Shown: in pieces, positions 1 through 9,518 of the stretch
How positions within the stretch are numbered: the first letter of the stretch is position 1
Layout of the letters: each line of letters starts with the position of its first letter
Origin: an uncultured Verrucomicrobiae bacterium
Lineage (GTDB): Bacteria; Verrucomicrobiota; Verrucomicrobiia; Chthoniobacterales; UBA10450
Length of the DNA stretch: 64,000 bases
Reading direction: 5' to 3'
Assembly: GCA_963815455.1 (NCBI GenBank)
Contig: CAWFGO010000001.1
Span: 693,258 to 757,257 of the forward strand
Made by a program: the position numbers and the translations under genes
Notes under the pieces: model-generated
Told to the model about the DNA's origin: nothing
What the model saw: the letters and a program-made list of their open reading frames with translations, nothing else
The model's database searches: none

Positions 1-55
1 CTCCTATCCGCCGGAAGCCAGTTGGAGAAGCAACCGGAGCTGGGCAATGTGAGGT

Positions 56-745
56 TCAACCGAACAGGTTGTATCGCAAAATGGCGTAAACGGCACGGAT
101 GCCGTCTTTCCAGTTCACTTTCTTCCCCTCTGCGTAAGTGCGCCCGCTATAGGAAATACCGACCTCATAAATTCGACACCGCGCTTTGGCCAGCCTGGCT
201 GCGATTTCCACTTCGAATCCGAAACGATTCTCTCGAAGATCGAGATTCTTGACCAGCGACGCGCGGAAAGCTTTGTAGCCGGTCTCGACGTCGGTCAGGT
301 TCAGGTTTGTCAGCATGTTCGAAAGCAGCGTCAGAAACTTGTTCCCGAGCATGTGCCAGAAATAAAGGACGCGATGCGGCCGGCCACTTACGAAACGAGA
401 ACCAAAAACAGCGTCGGCTTCGCCGGAAAAAATCGGGTCGAGCAGAGCCGAATAATCGGCCGGATCGTATTCGAGGTCGGCATCCTGGATCAGGATCACC
501 TCGCCGGTGGCGGCAGCGAAACCGGCGCGAAGGGCTGCGCCTTTGCCGGAATTGTGCGGCTGGTAAATAACTCGATCGACAAGTGGCGCGATTTTTTCTT
601 TTAACACGGCAGTCGTTCCATCGGTGGAGCCATCGTCGACCACAATGATTTCCCGATCCTCCAGCGGCGAAGAGCGAATCGCTGCGACGATTTGCTCGAT
701 CGTCTCGCGCTCGTTAAAGCAAGGAACAATGACAGAGACCTTCAT
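56..745 (-). CDS. Family 2 glycosyltransferase (polyprenol-phosphate sugar transferase-like)
   Basis: ORF 56..820 trimmed to the ATG at 745 (MKVSVIVPCFNE...). GT2 signatures: VIVPCFNE, VVDDGSTDGT, IQDADLEYDP (DxD). Confidence 0.85.
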   Translation of the reverse strand: MKVSVIVPCFNERETIEQIVAAIRSSPLEDREIIVVDDGSTDGTTAVLKEKIAPLVDRVIYQPHNSGKGAALRAGFAAATGEVILIQDADLEYDPADYSALLDPIFSGEADAVFGSRFVSGRPHRVLYFWHMLGNKFLTLLSNMLTNLNLTDVETGYKAFRASLVKNLDLRENRFGFEVEIAARLAKARCRIYEVGISYSGRTYAEGKKVNWKDGIRAVYAILRYNLFG

Positions 746-815
746 GGTGATTCGATTCCGCACACACCGATCCCAGATTGAATTGTCGATCTTGAGCCCG
801 GCAAGCAGGAACTTT

Positions 816-888
816 TGCACCGTGGAGGAATCGAACCTCCAACCCAGTGATTAAGAGTCACTTGCTCTGCCAATTGAGCTAACGGTGC
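816..888 (-). tRNA. tRNA-Lys (anticodon CTT)
   Basis: The reverse complement folds as a cloverleaf by hand. Acceptor GCACCGT/ACGGTGC, D arm GCTC..GAGC, anticodon stem AGTGA/TCACT with loop CTCTTAA (CTT), T arm GGAGG-TTCGATT-CCTCC. No encoded CCA. Confidence 0.85.
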
Positions 889-1570
889 TAATTGCCTTTT
901 TCCCAAATAAATGCCGCATAAACGTGTCCGTCTGCAATCCAAAATCGGCAACGAACCGGCAGCACGAAGGATCGTTCTGTTACGCATCTATCCATCTTAG
1001 GGACCGGAAATTACTCATACCAACACGATGCACAATGCGGAAGTTTTCCAGTTTCCCGCTGGTCGAAGTATCAACGCAAAGAGACGCTGCGCCTCATCGC
1101 GAGTTTCCTTGAGAAGGATCCCGAGACATCGGGGCGTTTCGGCCATAGGTTGAACTCCAGTTGCCGCGGCCGCGGTTGCCTTTTGCGGGGTCGATTACCG
1201 AGTAGATGGCGCAATCGTATCTTCATGTTCGAGTGAACATAATGAAACACGGAACGTTCGTCCATCTTAAAAAATGCAGACTGCACATCCGGGGACATCC
1301 CTTCTTAACAAGGCCGAGCAGTTTGTCCGATTCGGTGGTCCCGCCTGCTTAAAATCGCGGGGAGCTTCGCCGCGAGCGCACTCCGGGAGCCCGGGTTCCG
1401 TCGCTTTTAGATCTGGCCGATAGACTCATTTCTTGTAAAATTTCAGCAGACCTAGTTGGTGCGATCTTACCATGGACGCGCACGGTAATCCGACATCTCA
1501 GCGACCGGCCGGTGGAAACCACCGCGAGCCCGACACGATCGCGCAAACGCCAACTCACATCGACGCCGGG

Positions 1571-4003
1571 ATGTCAAAAACGCCGCTGCATCGAGATGTA
1601 CACCCGGCGGGAAAGGATCCCACTCCAGGAGCTCAGCCGCCGGAAGAAACCAGACGCGCGAAACTGCGAAAGCCGCATCGTGTTGCCGCTGGAATGCTGG
1701 CGTTAACCGAGAGCTTGCGCTTCACCATCCGCGAGACCGGCTTGATCCGCGGAATTGGTGATTGGCTCAAGGTGAATAAGAAGGATGGCTTCGATTGCCA
1801 GAGCTGCGCCTGGCCGAGCCCGGATGATCACCGGCACGTGTTCGAGTTTTGCGAAAACGGCGTCAAAGCGTTAACGAGCGAGGCGACAACTAAAAGGATC
1901 GGGCCCGAATTATTCCGCGAGCACTCTATCGCTGATCTCCAAAAACAGAGCGACCACTGGCTTGAGCTGCAAGGACGACTTGTCCATCCGATGGTGAAAT
2001 GCGCAGGCGCGACGCATTATGAGGCGATTGGGTGGGACGAAGCGTTCGCGTTGATGGCGGAGGAATTGAACGCGTTGCCAACGTCGAACGCGGCGGCTTT
2101 TTATACGAGCGGTCGGACGAGCAATGAGGCCGCATTTCTCTATCAGCTTTTTGCGCGGCAATTCGGCACCAACAACCTGCCCGATTGTTCGAACATGTGT
2201 CACGAATCGAGCGGCGCGGCGTTAACTGAAACCATCGGCATCGGCAAGGGCTGTGTAACTCTGGAGGACTTCGAAAAAACCGACGGGATTTTCATTCTCG
2301 GCCAAAATCCGGGGACAAATCATCCGCGCATGATGACCTTCCTCGAACGCGCGAAGGAAAACGGGGCGAAGATCGTGGCGCTCAATCCGATGCCCGAGCC
2401 GGGCTTGATGGAAGGGGTCAATCCAAATCCGCAGGAATACCGGAACCCGGTAAAATTCGCTGCGAAAATGCTGTTCAACATCGGCACTCCAATCAGCGAT
2501 CTCTGGTTGCCGGTAAGGGTGAACGGCGATATGGCGGCGATGCGCGGTATCATGAAAGAGATGCTGGCCGAAGAGGAGCGCAATCCCGGATCGATTTTTG
2601 ATCGCGAGTTCATCGAGCAATACACTGTCGGCTTCGAGCCATTCGTCGAACATCTGCGCGCCACGCCTTGGGCCGATATCCTCGAAAGCGCTGGCTTAAC
2701 GCGCGAGCAAATCCGCGACGCGGCCAAAATCGCCATGGGATGCAAGCGCATCATCACCTGCTGGGCGATGGGATTGACGCAACACAAAAATGCCGTCGCT
2801 ACTATTCAAGAGGTGATGAATTTCCATCTCCTCGGCGGAAATATCGGTCGACCGGGGGCCGGACCTTGCCCGGTGCGCGGACACTCCAATGTGCAGGGCG
2901 ATCGCACGATGGGCATTTGGGAGCACATGAACGAAAGGTTCATGGAAAAACTGGGACTCGAATTCCAGTTCACGCCGCCGAAAGAGCATGGAACCGACGT
3001 CGTCGAAACAATCAAGCAGATGCACGATGGCAAGATCAGGTTCTTCCTCGGAATGGGCGGTAACTTCCTGGCCGCGGCCCCCGACACGGAATACACCGCG
3101 AAGGCGATGCAGAAATGCCGGCTGACGGCGCACGTCTCAACGAAACTGAATCGCTCTCATCTGATCACTGGCGAGATCGCGCTCATCCTGCCCTGCCTCG
3201 GCCGATCGGAACTTGATGTGCAGGAAACGGGCGAGCAATTCGTGACGGTGGAAGACTCAATGGGGATCATCAATCCCTCGCGCGGCCACGCGCAGCCCGC
3301 CAGCGAATATCTGAAAAGCGAACCGGCCATTATTGGTCGATTAGCGGAAGCGACATTAGGAAGCCGGAGCACGGTTGATTGGAAAGGCCTGGTCGCGAAC
3401 TATGACCGCGTCCGAGATCACATTGAGCATGTCATTGCAGGTTTCGAAGACTTCAACAGCCGAATTCGAAGGGACGTTTTCTATTTGCCTAACGATGCAC
3501 GCGATAAACGGGAGTTTCATACCCGCGTCGGTAAAGCGGTATTCATCGTCTCCGAATTAACCAAGCCCACGGTTGGGCCCGGACAGTATTTAATGATGAC
3601 GATCCGCAGCCATGATCAGTTTAATACGACCATTTACGGGCTAGATGATCGTTATCGTGGAGTCTACAATGGTCGCCGCGTTATTTTCATGAACCCTGAG
3701 GACGTGAAGGCTGCGGGGTTGAAGCAAGGAGAGTTTGTCGATCTAACAAGTCATTATGAAGGTGAAGAACGTGTCGCGCGCCACTTCATGGTTGCGCCGC
3801 ATCCGATCGCACGCGGCTGCACCGCCACCTACTTTCCCGAGACCAACGTCCTCGTTCCGATCAATAGCACGGCCGAGCGAAGCAACACACCAACAAGCAA
3901 AAGCGTGGTGATTTCGATCAAGCCATCGCTGGATCCTGAAGCGGCGATCGATGACCTTCTCCGGAACGCGAGGGCCACGTCACGCAAGCACTCAAAGATG
4001 TAA
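1571..4003 (+). CDS. FdhF/YdeP-family molybdopterin oxidoreductase
   Basis: ORF 1472..4003. It matches my memory of E. coli YdeP closely along its length (GFDCQSCAWP, YTSGRTSNEAAFLYQLFAR, PDCSNMCHE, GQNPGTNHPRM, RGHSNVQGDRTMG, RSHDQFNTTIYGLDDRYRG). Start uncertain (ATG 1472 or 1571). Confidence 0.85.
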   Translation: MSKTPLHRDVHPAGKDPTPGAQPPEETRRAKLRKPHRVAAGMLALTESLRFTIRETGLIRGIGDWLKVNKKDGFDCQSCAWPSPDDHRHVFEFCENGVKALTSEATTKRIGPELFREHSIADLQKQSDHWLELQGRLVHPMVKCAGATHYEAIGWDEAFALMAEELNALPTSNAAAFYTSGRTSNEAAFLYQLFARQFGTNNLPDCSNMCHESSGAALTETIGIGKGCVTLEDFEKTDGIFILGQNPGTNHPRMMTFLERAKENGAKIVALNPMPEPGLMEGVNPNPQEYRNPVKFAAKMLFNIGTPISDLWLPVRVNGDMAAMRGIMKEMLAEEERNPGSIFDREFIEQYTVGFEPFVEHLRATPWADILESAGLTREQIRDAAKIAMGCKRIITCWAMGLTQHKNAVATIQEVMNFHLLGGNIGRPGAGPCPVRGHSNVQGDRTMGIWEHMNERFMEKLGLEFQFTPPKEHGTDVVETIKQMHDGKIRFFLGMGGNFLAAAPDTEYTAKAMQKCRLTAHVSTKLNRSHLITGEIALILPCLGRSELDVQETGEQFVTVEDSMGIINPSRGHAQPASEYLKSEPAIIGRLAEATLGSRSTVDWKGLVANYDRVRDHIEHVIAGFEDFNSRIRRDVFYLPNDARDKREFHTRVGKAVFIVSELTKPTVGPGQYLMMTIRSHDQFNTTIYGLDDRYRGVYNGRRVIFMNPEDVKAAGLKQGEFVDLTSHYEGEERVARHFMVAPHPIARGCTATYFPETNVLVPINSTAERSNTPTSKSVVISIKPSLDPEAAIDDLLRNARATSRKHSKM

Positions 4004-4306
4004 CCAGAAATCTGTGGGGCTGTACTCGACTGAGCGCATCGCAGTCGCCTAATTCACCGCGAGTGACACCAAGAAATCCCGCGCCAGCGCGGGCGACAAG
4101 TCTGCAGCGTGAGATACGCAACGGGAAAACTGTCGGGATCTACGGATCACGTTCCCGGCGCGGCCCGCCAAGCCCATTATCAATAAGTCAGATCTGGTCG
4201 ACTTTTTGCGCCTCCGCGAACGGGGGTACCGTCCCGTTCGAAAAGGATCTTCGCAATCACACAGATGCGATGGCTGCCATCAAAAAAATGGCAGCGAACG
4301 AAAGAT

Positions 4307-4480
4307 CTACGCCTGGGTGTGGCGGGCGAAGTGTCTTTCCACGCCTTTTGGAAGCAACCGTTTGCGCCCTCGTTGGCGCCTACGCGCGAGCGTGGCGCGC
4401 CCCGCCTTCGTTTTCATGCGCGCGCGGAAACCGTGCTGCTGTTTTCGCGTGCGTTTGGATCGCTGTAACGTGCGTTTCAT
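4307..4480 (-). CDS. rpmH: 50S ribosomal protein L34
   Basis: Not in the ORF track (57 aa). My hand translation of the minus strand gives [57 protein letters not shown]. It carries the L34 hallmark (K/R)RxxxHGFRxRMxTxxGRxxLxRRRxKGRKRL. Confidence 0.8.
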   Translation of the reverse strand: MKRTLQRSKRTRKQQHGFRARMKTKAGRATLARRRQRGRKRLLPKGVERHFARHTQA

Positions 4481-4560
4481 AAAACCGCCGAATTGTTCCG
4501 GCGCAATTCAAGAGCGGTTACAGTAAGAATGAGCGCGGGATTGTCAATCCTCGTATCTCA

Positions 4561-4654
4561 GTCATTCTGAGCGCAGCGCAGCGGAGTCGAAGAACCCCGT
4601 GTTTCGCACGTTTAAACGAAATCATCGGGATCCCTCGACTGCGCTCGGGATGAC
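4561..4654. repeat. Family-A palindromic intergenic repeat, full copy (~94 bp)
   Basis: gtcattctgagcgcagcgcagcggagtcgaagaaccccgt...cgggatccctcgactgcgctcgggatgac. The ends are imperfect inverted repeats. Near-identical arms recur at 37601..37692. Lies in the divergent rpmH/GNAT spacer. Confidence 0.75.
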
Positions 4655-4702
4655 AGTTGTCGATTGCCAGCGCCTCGGGTTTCGAGGATAATCGAGCCGA
4701 CG

Positions 4703-5182
4703 ATGAGCGCAAAGGTCGTGATTGAGCCGGCGACGGAAGCGGACTTGGACGAACTGTCCGAGATGCTAGGGGGATTGTTCTCTCAGGAGAGCGACTTTCG
4801 GCCGGACAAAGACAAGCAACTGCGCGGCTTGCGTTTGATTTTCGAACAACCAAATCGCGGCCGCGTTTTTGTTCTCCGGCGCGATGGAGCGATCGTTGGA
4901 ATGATCAATCTGCTTTTCACCATTAGCACGGCGGAAGGCGGCTTTGTGATCCTGCTGGAGGACCTGGTCGTCCACCAGAAATATCAGGGGCACGGCTACG
5001 GCGCGAAGCTTCTGAATCACGCCATCGACTTTGCCAAACAAAAGAATTTTCTGCGCATCACGCTGTTGACCGATCGCCCTGAGAACGTCGCCCAGGAGTT
5101 TTTCCGGCGACACGGCTTCGTGGAATCATCCATGATCCCGATGCGGTTGTTGATCAATCCGGGAAACGAGCAAACGCCGTAA
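4703..5182 (+). CDS. GNAT family N-acetyltransferase
   Basis: ORF 4664..5182 trimmed to the ATG at 4703 (MSAKVVIEP). Acetyl-CoA binding motif region: VHQKYQGHGYGAKLLNHAIDFAK. Confidence 0.8.
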   Translation: MSAKVVIEPATEADLDELSEMLGGLFSQESDFRPDKDKQLRGLRLIFEQPNRGRVFVLRRDGAIVGMINLLFTISTAEGGFVILLEDLVVHQKYQGHGYGAKLLNHAIDFAKQKNFLRITLLTDRPENVAQEFFRRHGFVESSMIPMRLLINPGNEQTP

Positions 5183-5195
5183 GACCGGCGCTCGA

Positions 5196-7871
5196 CTACT
5201 TCGGGCCGCCAGGAATTTGCGCGCCTAGCCGTTGGCGAAGCTCAGTTCGAAATTCGATTTCATCGATGGCTTTGGCGACCTCCTTGGCGCTTGCCGCCGG
5301 CAACTGCGCCTTGGCATAGCTCCGCAGGTCGGTCACGCGGGCAAGATCGGAAAAGAACGTAAACAAACTTGGCGCATAGCTGTTTGCGCCGAGCGCGTCA
5401 GTCTTGGCCAGCAACGCTTTCATGTTCGCTTTGGCAAACTCCCAGGCCAGCTCCGGACGCTCGCTTTGGCGTGCCACCTTAATCACGAGAAACACGGCGC
5501 GACTCGTGGACAGCTCATCGGTAAGGGCGATCGGAAGCGTTTTTTCCACCAGCTTGGGGTCAATCGCCGCGGCCAACGCGCTGTAATAATTCTGTTTTTC
5601 CTCGGTACTGGTTGTCTTCAGGCCGAGCTCATGAAGTTTGTTCCAAGTCTTTTCGTCGGCATAACGCCCGATTACAGCCAGGACAGGCGGACGCAAGTCG
5701 GGCGGAACCGACGCTGGATCCATAACGTATTTTTCAAAACGTTCGCGACAACCCGCGATGATTTGCGGATCGTTCAAATCGCCGAGTGCAGCAATCAAGC
5801 CGGCCCGCAAGTTTGAAAATTTCACTGGCTCCCCCGTTTTCGGCTCCCAGCCGAGCGCGTCAAAACTTGGGCGCAGAATCGACCGCGCATACTGCTGAAA
5901 CTTCTCGCGCTCGGGCGTGCCGACAAGGAGCCGGTTTACAAAATCGAAAACGGTGATGATCTGCTCGCGCTCTGCCAGCTCGGTCGCAGATGGCAGCTTT
6001 TCGATGAGACCCAGGTAAAGCGAGAACTGCGCGCGATTTGCCTGCACTAGCGCCCAGGCGTCGCTCATCAGGTTGACGCGATCCTGCACATCCAGTTGGG
6101 GCAGGACGCCGAGGAGCAGCTCCCACGAGACATCGTCATATTCGACTCGATAATTTCCGGCGCCGTCGGCATTCAATTTCAGGGCGCGATCGACTGGAAT
6201 GTCTTGAAGCTGGTCGGTCTTCGCGGTCATCAAGAGGCTCTTGGACTCGTCACCGCCGACGACGAAATAGGTAAGCGGAATCTTCCACTGCAACGGCGGC
6301 GCGTCCTTAAAGTTCAATGTGAATCTATCCTGCCTGAGGGAAACTTTGCCGTCTTCCCCACGCGTTACCGTCACCAGGGGAAATCCCGGTTGCTCCGTCC
6401 AGCCGGCGGCGATTTTGACGACCGACTTACCCGACGCATCCGCAAGTGCTTTCCAAAGGTCCGCGGTAGTCGAATTGGAGAGTCGGTGGGCGGCAATGTA
6501 TCGGCGAATGCCGTCACGAAAAACATTTTCACCGAGAAAACTCTCCAGCATTCGAATGAGTGACTGGCCTTTCTTGTAAGTAATATCGTCAAAAGCGCTG
6601 TTCGCTTCGGCCTCGGTTGCGATCGGTTGCTGGACGGGATGCGTTGTCGATCTTGCGTCGCCTTCCATGGCCTGTTCCTTGGCGATGCCGACGCGCCGGG
6701 CCGGATTGCGCGGCTGATTTCTGCGGAGCCAGACTTCCCATTGAGGATTAAAATGGGCGCTGCATTTCGTTCCCATCCACGAAGCGAAACCTTCGTTGAG
6801 CCAGAGATTGTCCCACCACGCCATCGTCACCAGATCGCCGAACCACATGTGCGCCATCTCATGCGCAATCACTTCAAAAATGTTCTGCTTTGTGTCTTCG
6901 GAAGATTTTTGCGGATCAAATAACAAAACCGACTCGTAGTAGGTAATGCCGCCCCAGTTCTCCATGGCCCCGCCGAACCCGCCGGGAAGCGCGATCTGGT
7001 CGAGCTTCGGCAATGGATACGGTTCGCCGAAGTAATCGTTGTAATACTGGAGAATCTTGGCCGTGCTTTCGAGCGCGTAACGTCCCCATTCCGCTTTACC
7101 CTTGGTTGCGATCACCCGAATTCGCGTGCCGGCTGCCTTCGTTTCGATGAAGTCCAGCTCGCCCGCGACGAAAACATTCAGATAACTCGCCATCGCCGGA
7201 GTCATGGCAAAGCGAACTTCTTTTTCAGTGCGCGCCGCGCCGGAGCCATGCGAAGGCGGGTCGATCTTGCTTTCGGATTCGACCGGCATATTCGAAACCG
7301 CTAGCCAATTCTCGGGAACCACTACGGTGAGTTGAAAACGCGATCGGAAACTTGGTTCGTCCCAGCACGGAAAAAATCGGCGAGCGTCGGTGGCTTCGAA
7401 CTGGGTTCCAAGCAAGATTTTCTTCGCCCCGGTTCCCTGCTCCTGATAATTCGCGTAGAAAAGGCCCTGGCCTTGTTGATTGATTTTCCCGGCAAAGCTG
7501 AGACCCAGCGTGTGATATACAAAGGGCAGCGCGGATGGCAGAGCAATTCGAACCAGCTCGTTCTTACTGTCGATCTTAATTGCTGATTTCGGCAGCGCTT
7601 TGCCATCAAGGGTTGCGTCGGTCACATCTATTTCGAGCGCATTTAGCATCAGCTCGCGAACCGGGGCACGCACGTTGAGCTTGATCGTCTCCGTGCCGGT
7701 AAAGGTCAGTTTGGCGATATCGGGGACGATCCGGACGGCGTATTCGAGCGGGACAACGTTCTTCGGCAATTTTCCCGGTGTATTTTCGAATTTGAACGGC
7801 TTTTCTGCATTCATGCTCGCGCAAAAGATAAAGAAAACGAACCAAAGAGAGAAAAGTCTAGCGGGGCGCAT
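5196..7871 (-). CDS. pepN: M1-family zinc aminopeptidase (aminopeptidase N-like), secreted
   Basis: ORF 5196..8132 trimmed to the ATG at 7871 (MRPARLFSLWFVFFIFCASMNA, signal peptide). Motifs GAMENWG and HEMAHMWFGDLVT...WLNEGFA (HExxH-18-E). Confidence 0.9.
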   Translation of the reverse strand: MRPARLFSLWFVFFIFCASMNAEKPFKFENTPGKLPKNVVPLEYAVRIVPDIAKLTFTGTETIKLNVRAPVRELMLNALEIDVTDATLDGKALPKSAIKIDSKNELVRIALPSALPFVYHTLGLSFAGKINQQGQGLFYANYQEQGTGAKKILLGTQFEATDARRFFPCWDEPSFRSRFQLTVVVPENWLAVSNMPVESESKIDPPSHGSGAARTEKEVRFAMTPAMASYLNVFVAGELDFIETKAAGTRIRVIATKGKAEWGRYALESTAKILQYYNDYFGEPYPLPKLDQIALPGGFGGAMENWGGITYYESVLLFDPQKSSEDTKQNIFEVIAHEMAHMWFGDLVTMAWWDNLWLNEGFASWMGTKCSAHFNPQWEVWLRRNQPRNPARRVGIAKEQAMEGDARSTTHPVQQPIATEAEANSAFDDITYKKGQSLIRMLESFLGENVFRDGIRRYIAAHRLSNSTTADLWKALADASGKSVVKIAAGWTEQPGFPLVTVTRGEDGKVSLRQDRFTLNFKDAPPLQWKIPLTYFVVGGDESKSLLMTAKTDQLQDIPVDRALKLNADGAGNYRVEYDDVSWELLLGVLPQLDVQDRVNLMSDAWALVQANRAQFSLYLGLIEKLPSATELAEREQIITVFDFVNRLLVGTPEREKFQQYARSILRPSFDALGWEPKTGEPVKFSNLRAGLIAALGDLNDPQIIAGCRERFEKYVMDPASVPPDLRPPVLAVIGRYADEKTWNKLHELGLKTTSTEEKQNYYSALAAAIDPKLVEKTLPIALTDELSTSRAVFLVIKVARQSERPELAWEFAKANMKALLAKTDALGANSYAPSLFTFFSDLARVTDLRSYAKAQLPAASAKEVAKAIDEIEFRTELRQRLGAQIPGGPK

Positions 7872-7927
7872 GGTGCCACTAAACAACTTGCGCGAACCTT
7901 TGCATCTGCAAATAAGCTGGTCCGGAA

Positions 7928-8368
7928 CTACCGCACAAACAGGACGAGCAACAATTGCCCGCTGCCCACTTGCGGCCCTTTGATCACGAGCGGGCTGCGC
8001 TTGCTTAATTTGGCCTCGGTCTCGAGGAGCAGTTCTTTTTCCCGGTAGAGTTTCAAATCCAGCACGTAGCCGCCCTTGCCTTGGCCGTGGGCATCGACCA
8101 GCAGTGAGAAATACCTGCTCCAGGCCAGCCAATTCTCATTCCCATTTTGCAGCGTCTTGCTGGATTGGCCGATAATCTGAAACTGATTATAGCCGAAAAG
8201 ATCCTTCAACGTCTGTTCGATCCGGGTTAGTTCAGCCGGAATGGCTGCCGGCTGGGGCGAATTTTCGGCAATAACCAGTCCGCTCCAGACAGTCTCGGCG
8301 CCCTGCGCCCCGGCCGCGCTCAGCATCGCAGCGAGAACAACTGCGAGGTATGAGAGCCGGGATTTCAT
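7928..8368 (-). CDS. Hypothetical secreted protein, last small gene of the ECF sigma operon
   Basis: ORF with an N-terminal signal peptide (MKSRLSYLAVVLAAMLSAAGAQGA). Starts 7 nt after the anti-sigma stop. No family recognised. Confidence 0.6.
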   Translation of the reverse strand: MKSRLSYLAVVLAAMLSAAGAQGAETVWSGLVIAENSPQPAAIPAELTRIEQTLKDLFGYNQFQIIGQSSKTLQNGNENWLAWSRYFSLLVDAHGQGKGGYVLDLKLYREKELLLETEAKLSKRSPLVIKGPQVGSGQLLLVLFVR

Positions 8369-8374
8369 GGATGA

Positions 8375-8899
8375 TTATTTGGCGGCGTATTCCGCGGGGA
8401 ACGATTGCAGCCCCTCCGTCCAGAGCACTGTGACCTTATGTTCTTTGGCCTCGAACATCGAGACAGTGGCGTTGGGGCTTACCGTGGGATCGACCCGCGA
8501 ATTCAGAATCTGGGTAAGATATTGCGATTGCTCGGCCGGTTTCCTGTCGCGCAGGATGAACACAGCACAGATGGCGAACAGCGCGAGCGCGGTCGCCCCC
8601 ACCCCGAACAGCCGCCGAATCGTCCACCCAGTCGAAATGCCACCTGCGGCCTGGTGAGCAGGCTCATCTTCATCGCGCGCGATCCGCTCCCGAAGTTGAT
8701 GATTGAAAAAGTCTTCGTTGCCCAACACGCGCGATCCAACGTGCTCTTTCAACAACGCACCGACCCTGAGCGCATCGCGCTTCTCGACTTCAGCCGCCGC
8801 TTTGTCCGGCAGCGAAGCCTCGAACTCGGCAAGTTCTCGTCCGCTCAACTGGCCATCGAGCCAGGCGGTCCATTTTTCTTCAAACGTTTTCATAAACAT
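8375..8899 (-). CDS. Putative anti-sigma factor (single-pass membrane protein)
   Basis: Its start overlaps the sigma gene 3' end (ATG 8899 or 8893 versus sigma stop 8880). N-terminal WLDGQLSGRELAEFE-type anti-sigma motif. One TM helix (FGVGATALALFAICAVFIL). Confidence 0.6.
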   Translation of the reverse strand: MFMKTFEEKWTAWLDGQLSGRELAEFEASLPDKAAAEVEKRDALRVGALLKEHVGSRVLGNEDFFNHQLRERIARDEDEPAHQAAGGISTGWTIRRLFGVGATALALFAICAVFILRDRKPAEQSQYLTQILNSRVDPTVSPNATVSMFEAKEHKVTVLWTEGLQSFPAEYAAK

Positions 8900-9491
8900 C
8901 TCTCAGCATGTTTTGCAGCTTCTTGCGCGCGTAAAACAGGCGCGACATCACCGTGCCGATCGAACACTCCAGGGCCTCGGCGATTTCGTGATATTGCATC
9001 CCTTCGGTTTCCTTCATCAAAATCACGGCCCGATGTTCGGGCGAAAGTTGGGCGATGGCCGCGTCGATCCTGGCGCGAATCTCGGCCTGTTCCATTCTCT
9101 GGTGCGGCAATGGCTCCGCTCTCGGCGCCGTCTTGGCGGCAGGATCGATTTCCCCTAGTTGAATCGCGTCATCAAATTCCGCACCAGCGCCTTTGATCTG
9201 CTTTTTCCGCAGCCAATCGATCGTCACGTTCATCACGATCCGGTAAATCCAGGTGTAAAAGGAGGACTGACCGCGGAAGCGTTTGATCGACTTCCAGGCT
9301 TTGACAAAACTGTCCTGGGCCAAATCCCAGGCGTCTTGCTCGTTGTGGACCATATTGTAGATCATGGCGAAAATTCGGGTGCGGTAACGTGTCACCAGCT
9401 GGTCGAATGCCTCGGTCTGCCCGGCCTGACATTGCTTGATCAGGTCCGCGTCCGACACATCGACTTGGGCCAGAGTCGCTTCCGTTTGCAT
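8880..9491 (-). CDS. ECF-type RNA polymerase sigma-70 family factor
   Basis: ORF 8880..9506 (TTG); the first ATG is at 9491. Region 2 (FDQLVTRYRTRIFAMIYNMV..DAWDLAQDSFVKAW) and region 4 (EGMQYHEIAEALECSIGTVMSRLFYARKKL). Confidence 0.85.
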   Translation of the reverse strand: MQTEATLAQVDVSDADLIKQCQAGQTEAFDQLVTRYRTRIFAMIYNMVHNEQDAWDLAQDSFVKAWKSIKRFRGQSSFYTWIYRIVMNVTIDWLRKKQIKGAGAEFDDAIQLGEIDPAAKTAPRAEPLPHQRMEQAEIRARIDAAIAQLSPEHRAVILMKETEGMQYHEIAEALECSIGTVMSRLFYARKKLQNMLRDVYENV

Positions 9492-9518
9492 AGTTGGACG
9501 GGCCAACGGCTACTTCAT

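Noticed and set aside
1300-1570. Moco or other riboswitch upstream of the molybdoenzyme, and selenocysteine recoding within it
   Set aside because: I could not recognise the Moco motif core by eye. The ORF has no in-frame TGA and no SECIS-like hairpin need, since the YdeP family uses Cys. An Rfam scan would settle it.
4004-4306. RnpA gene or a structured RNA (RNase P, 6S, SRP) downstream of rpmH
   Set aside because: No ORF has RnpA character, and I see no GAGGAAAGUCC-type or SRP-type conserved strings. There are only short isolated hairpins.
7872-8132. N-terminal extensions of track ORFs (pepN to 8132, pcm to 38576, adh to 34494, hydrolase to 53258, 31050 gene to 33344, dnaJ to 56808, prs, rplY, GT2)
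   Set aside because: The extensions overlap upstream genes or repeats and are Arg-rich nonsense. Internal ATGs give proper signal peptides or canonical N-termini, so I trimmed the starts.
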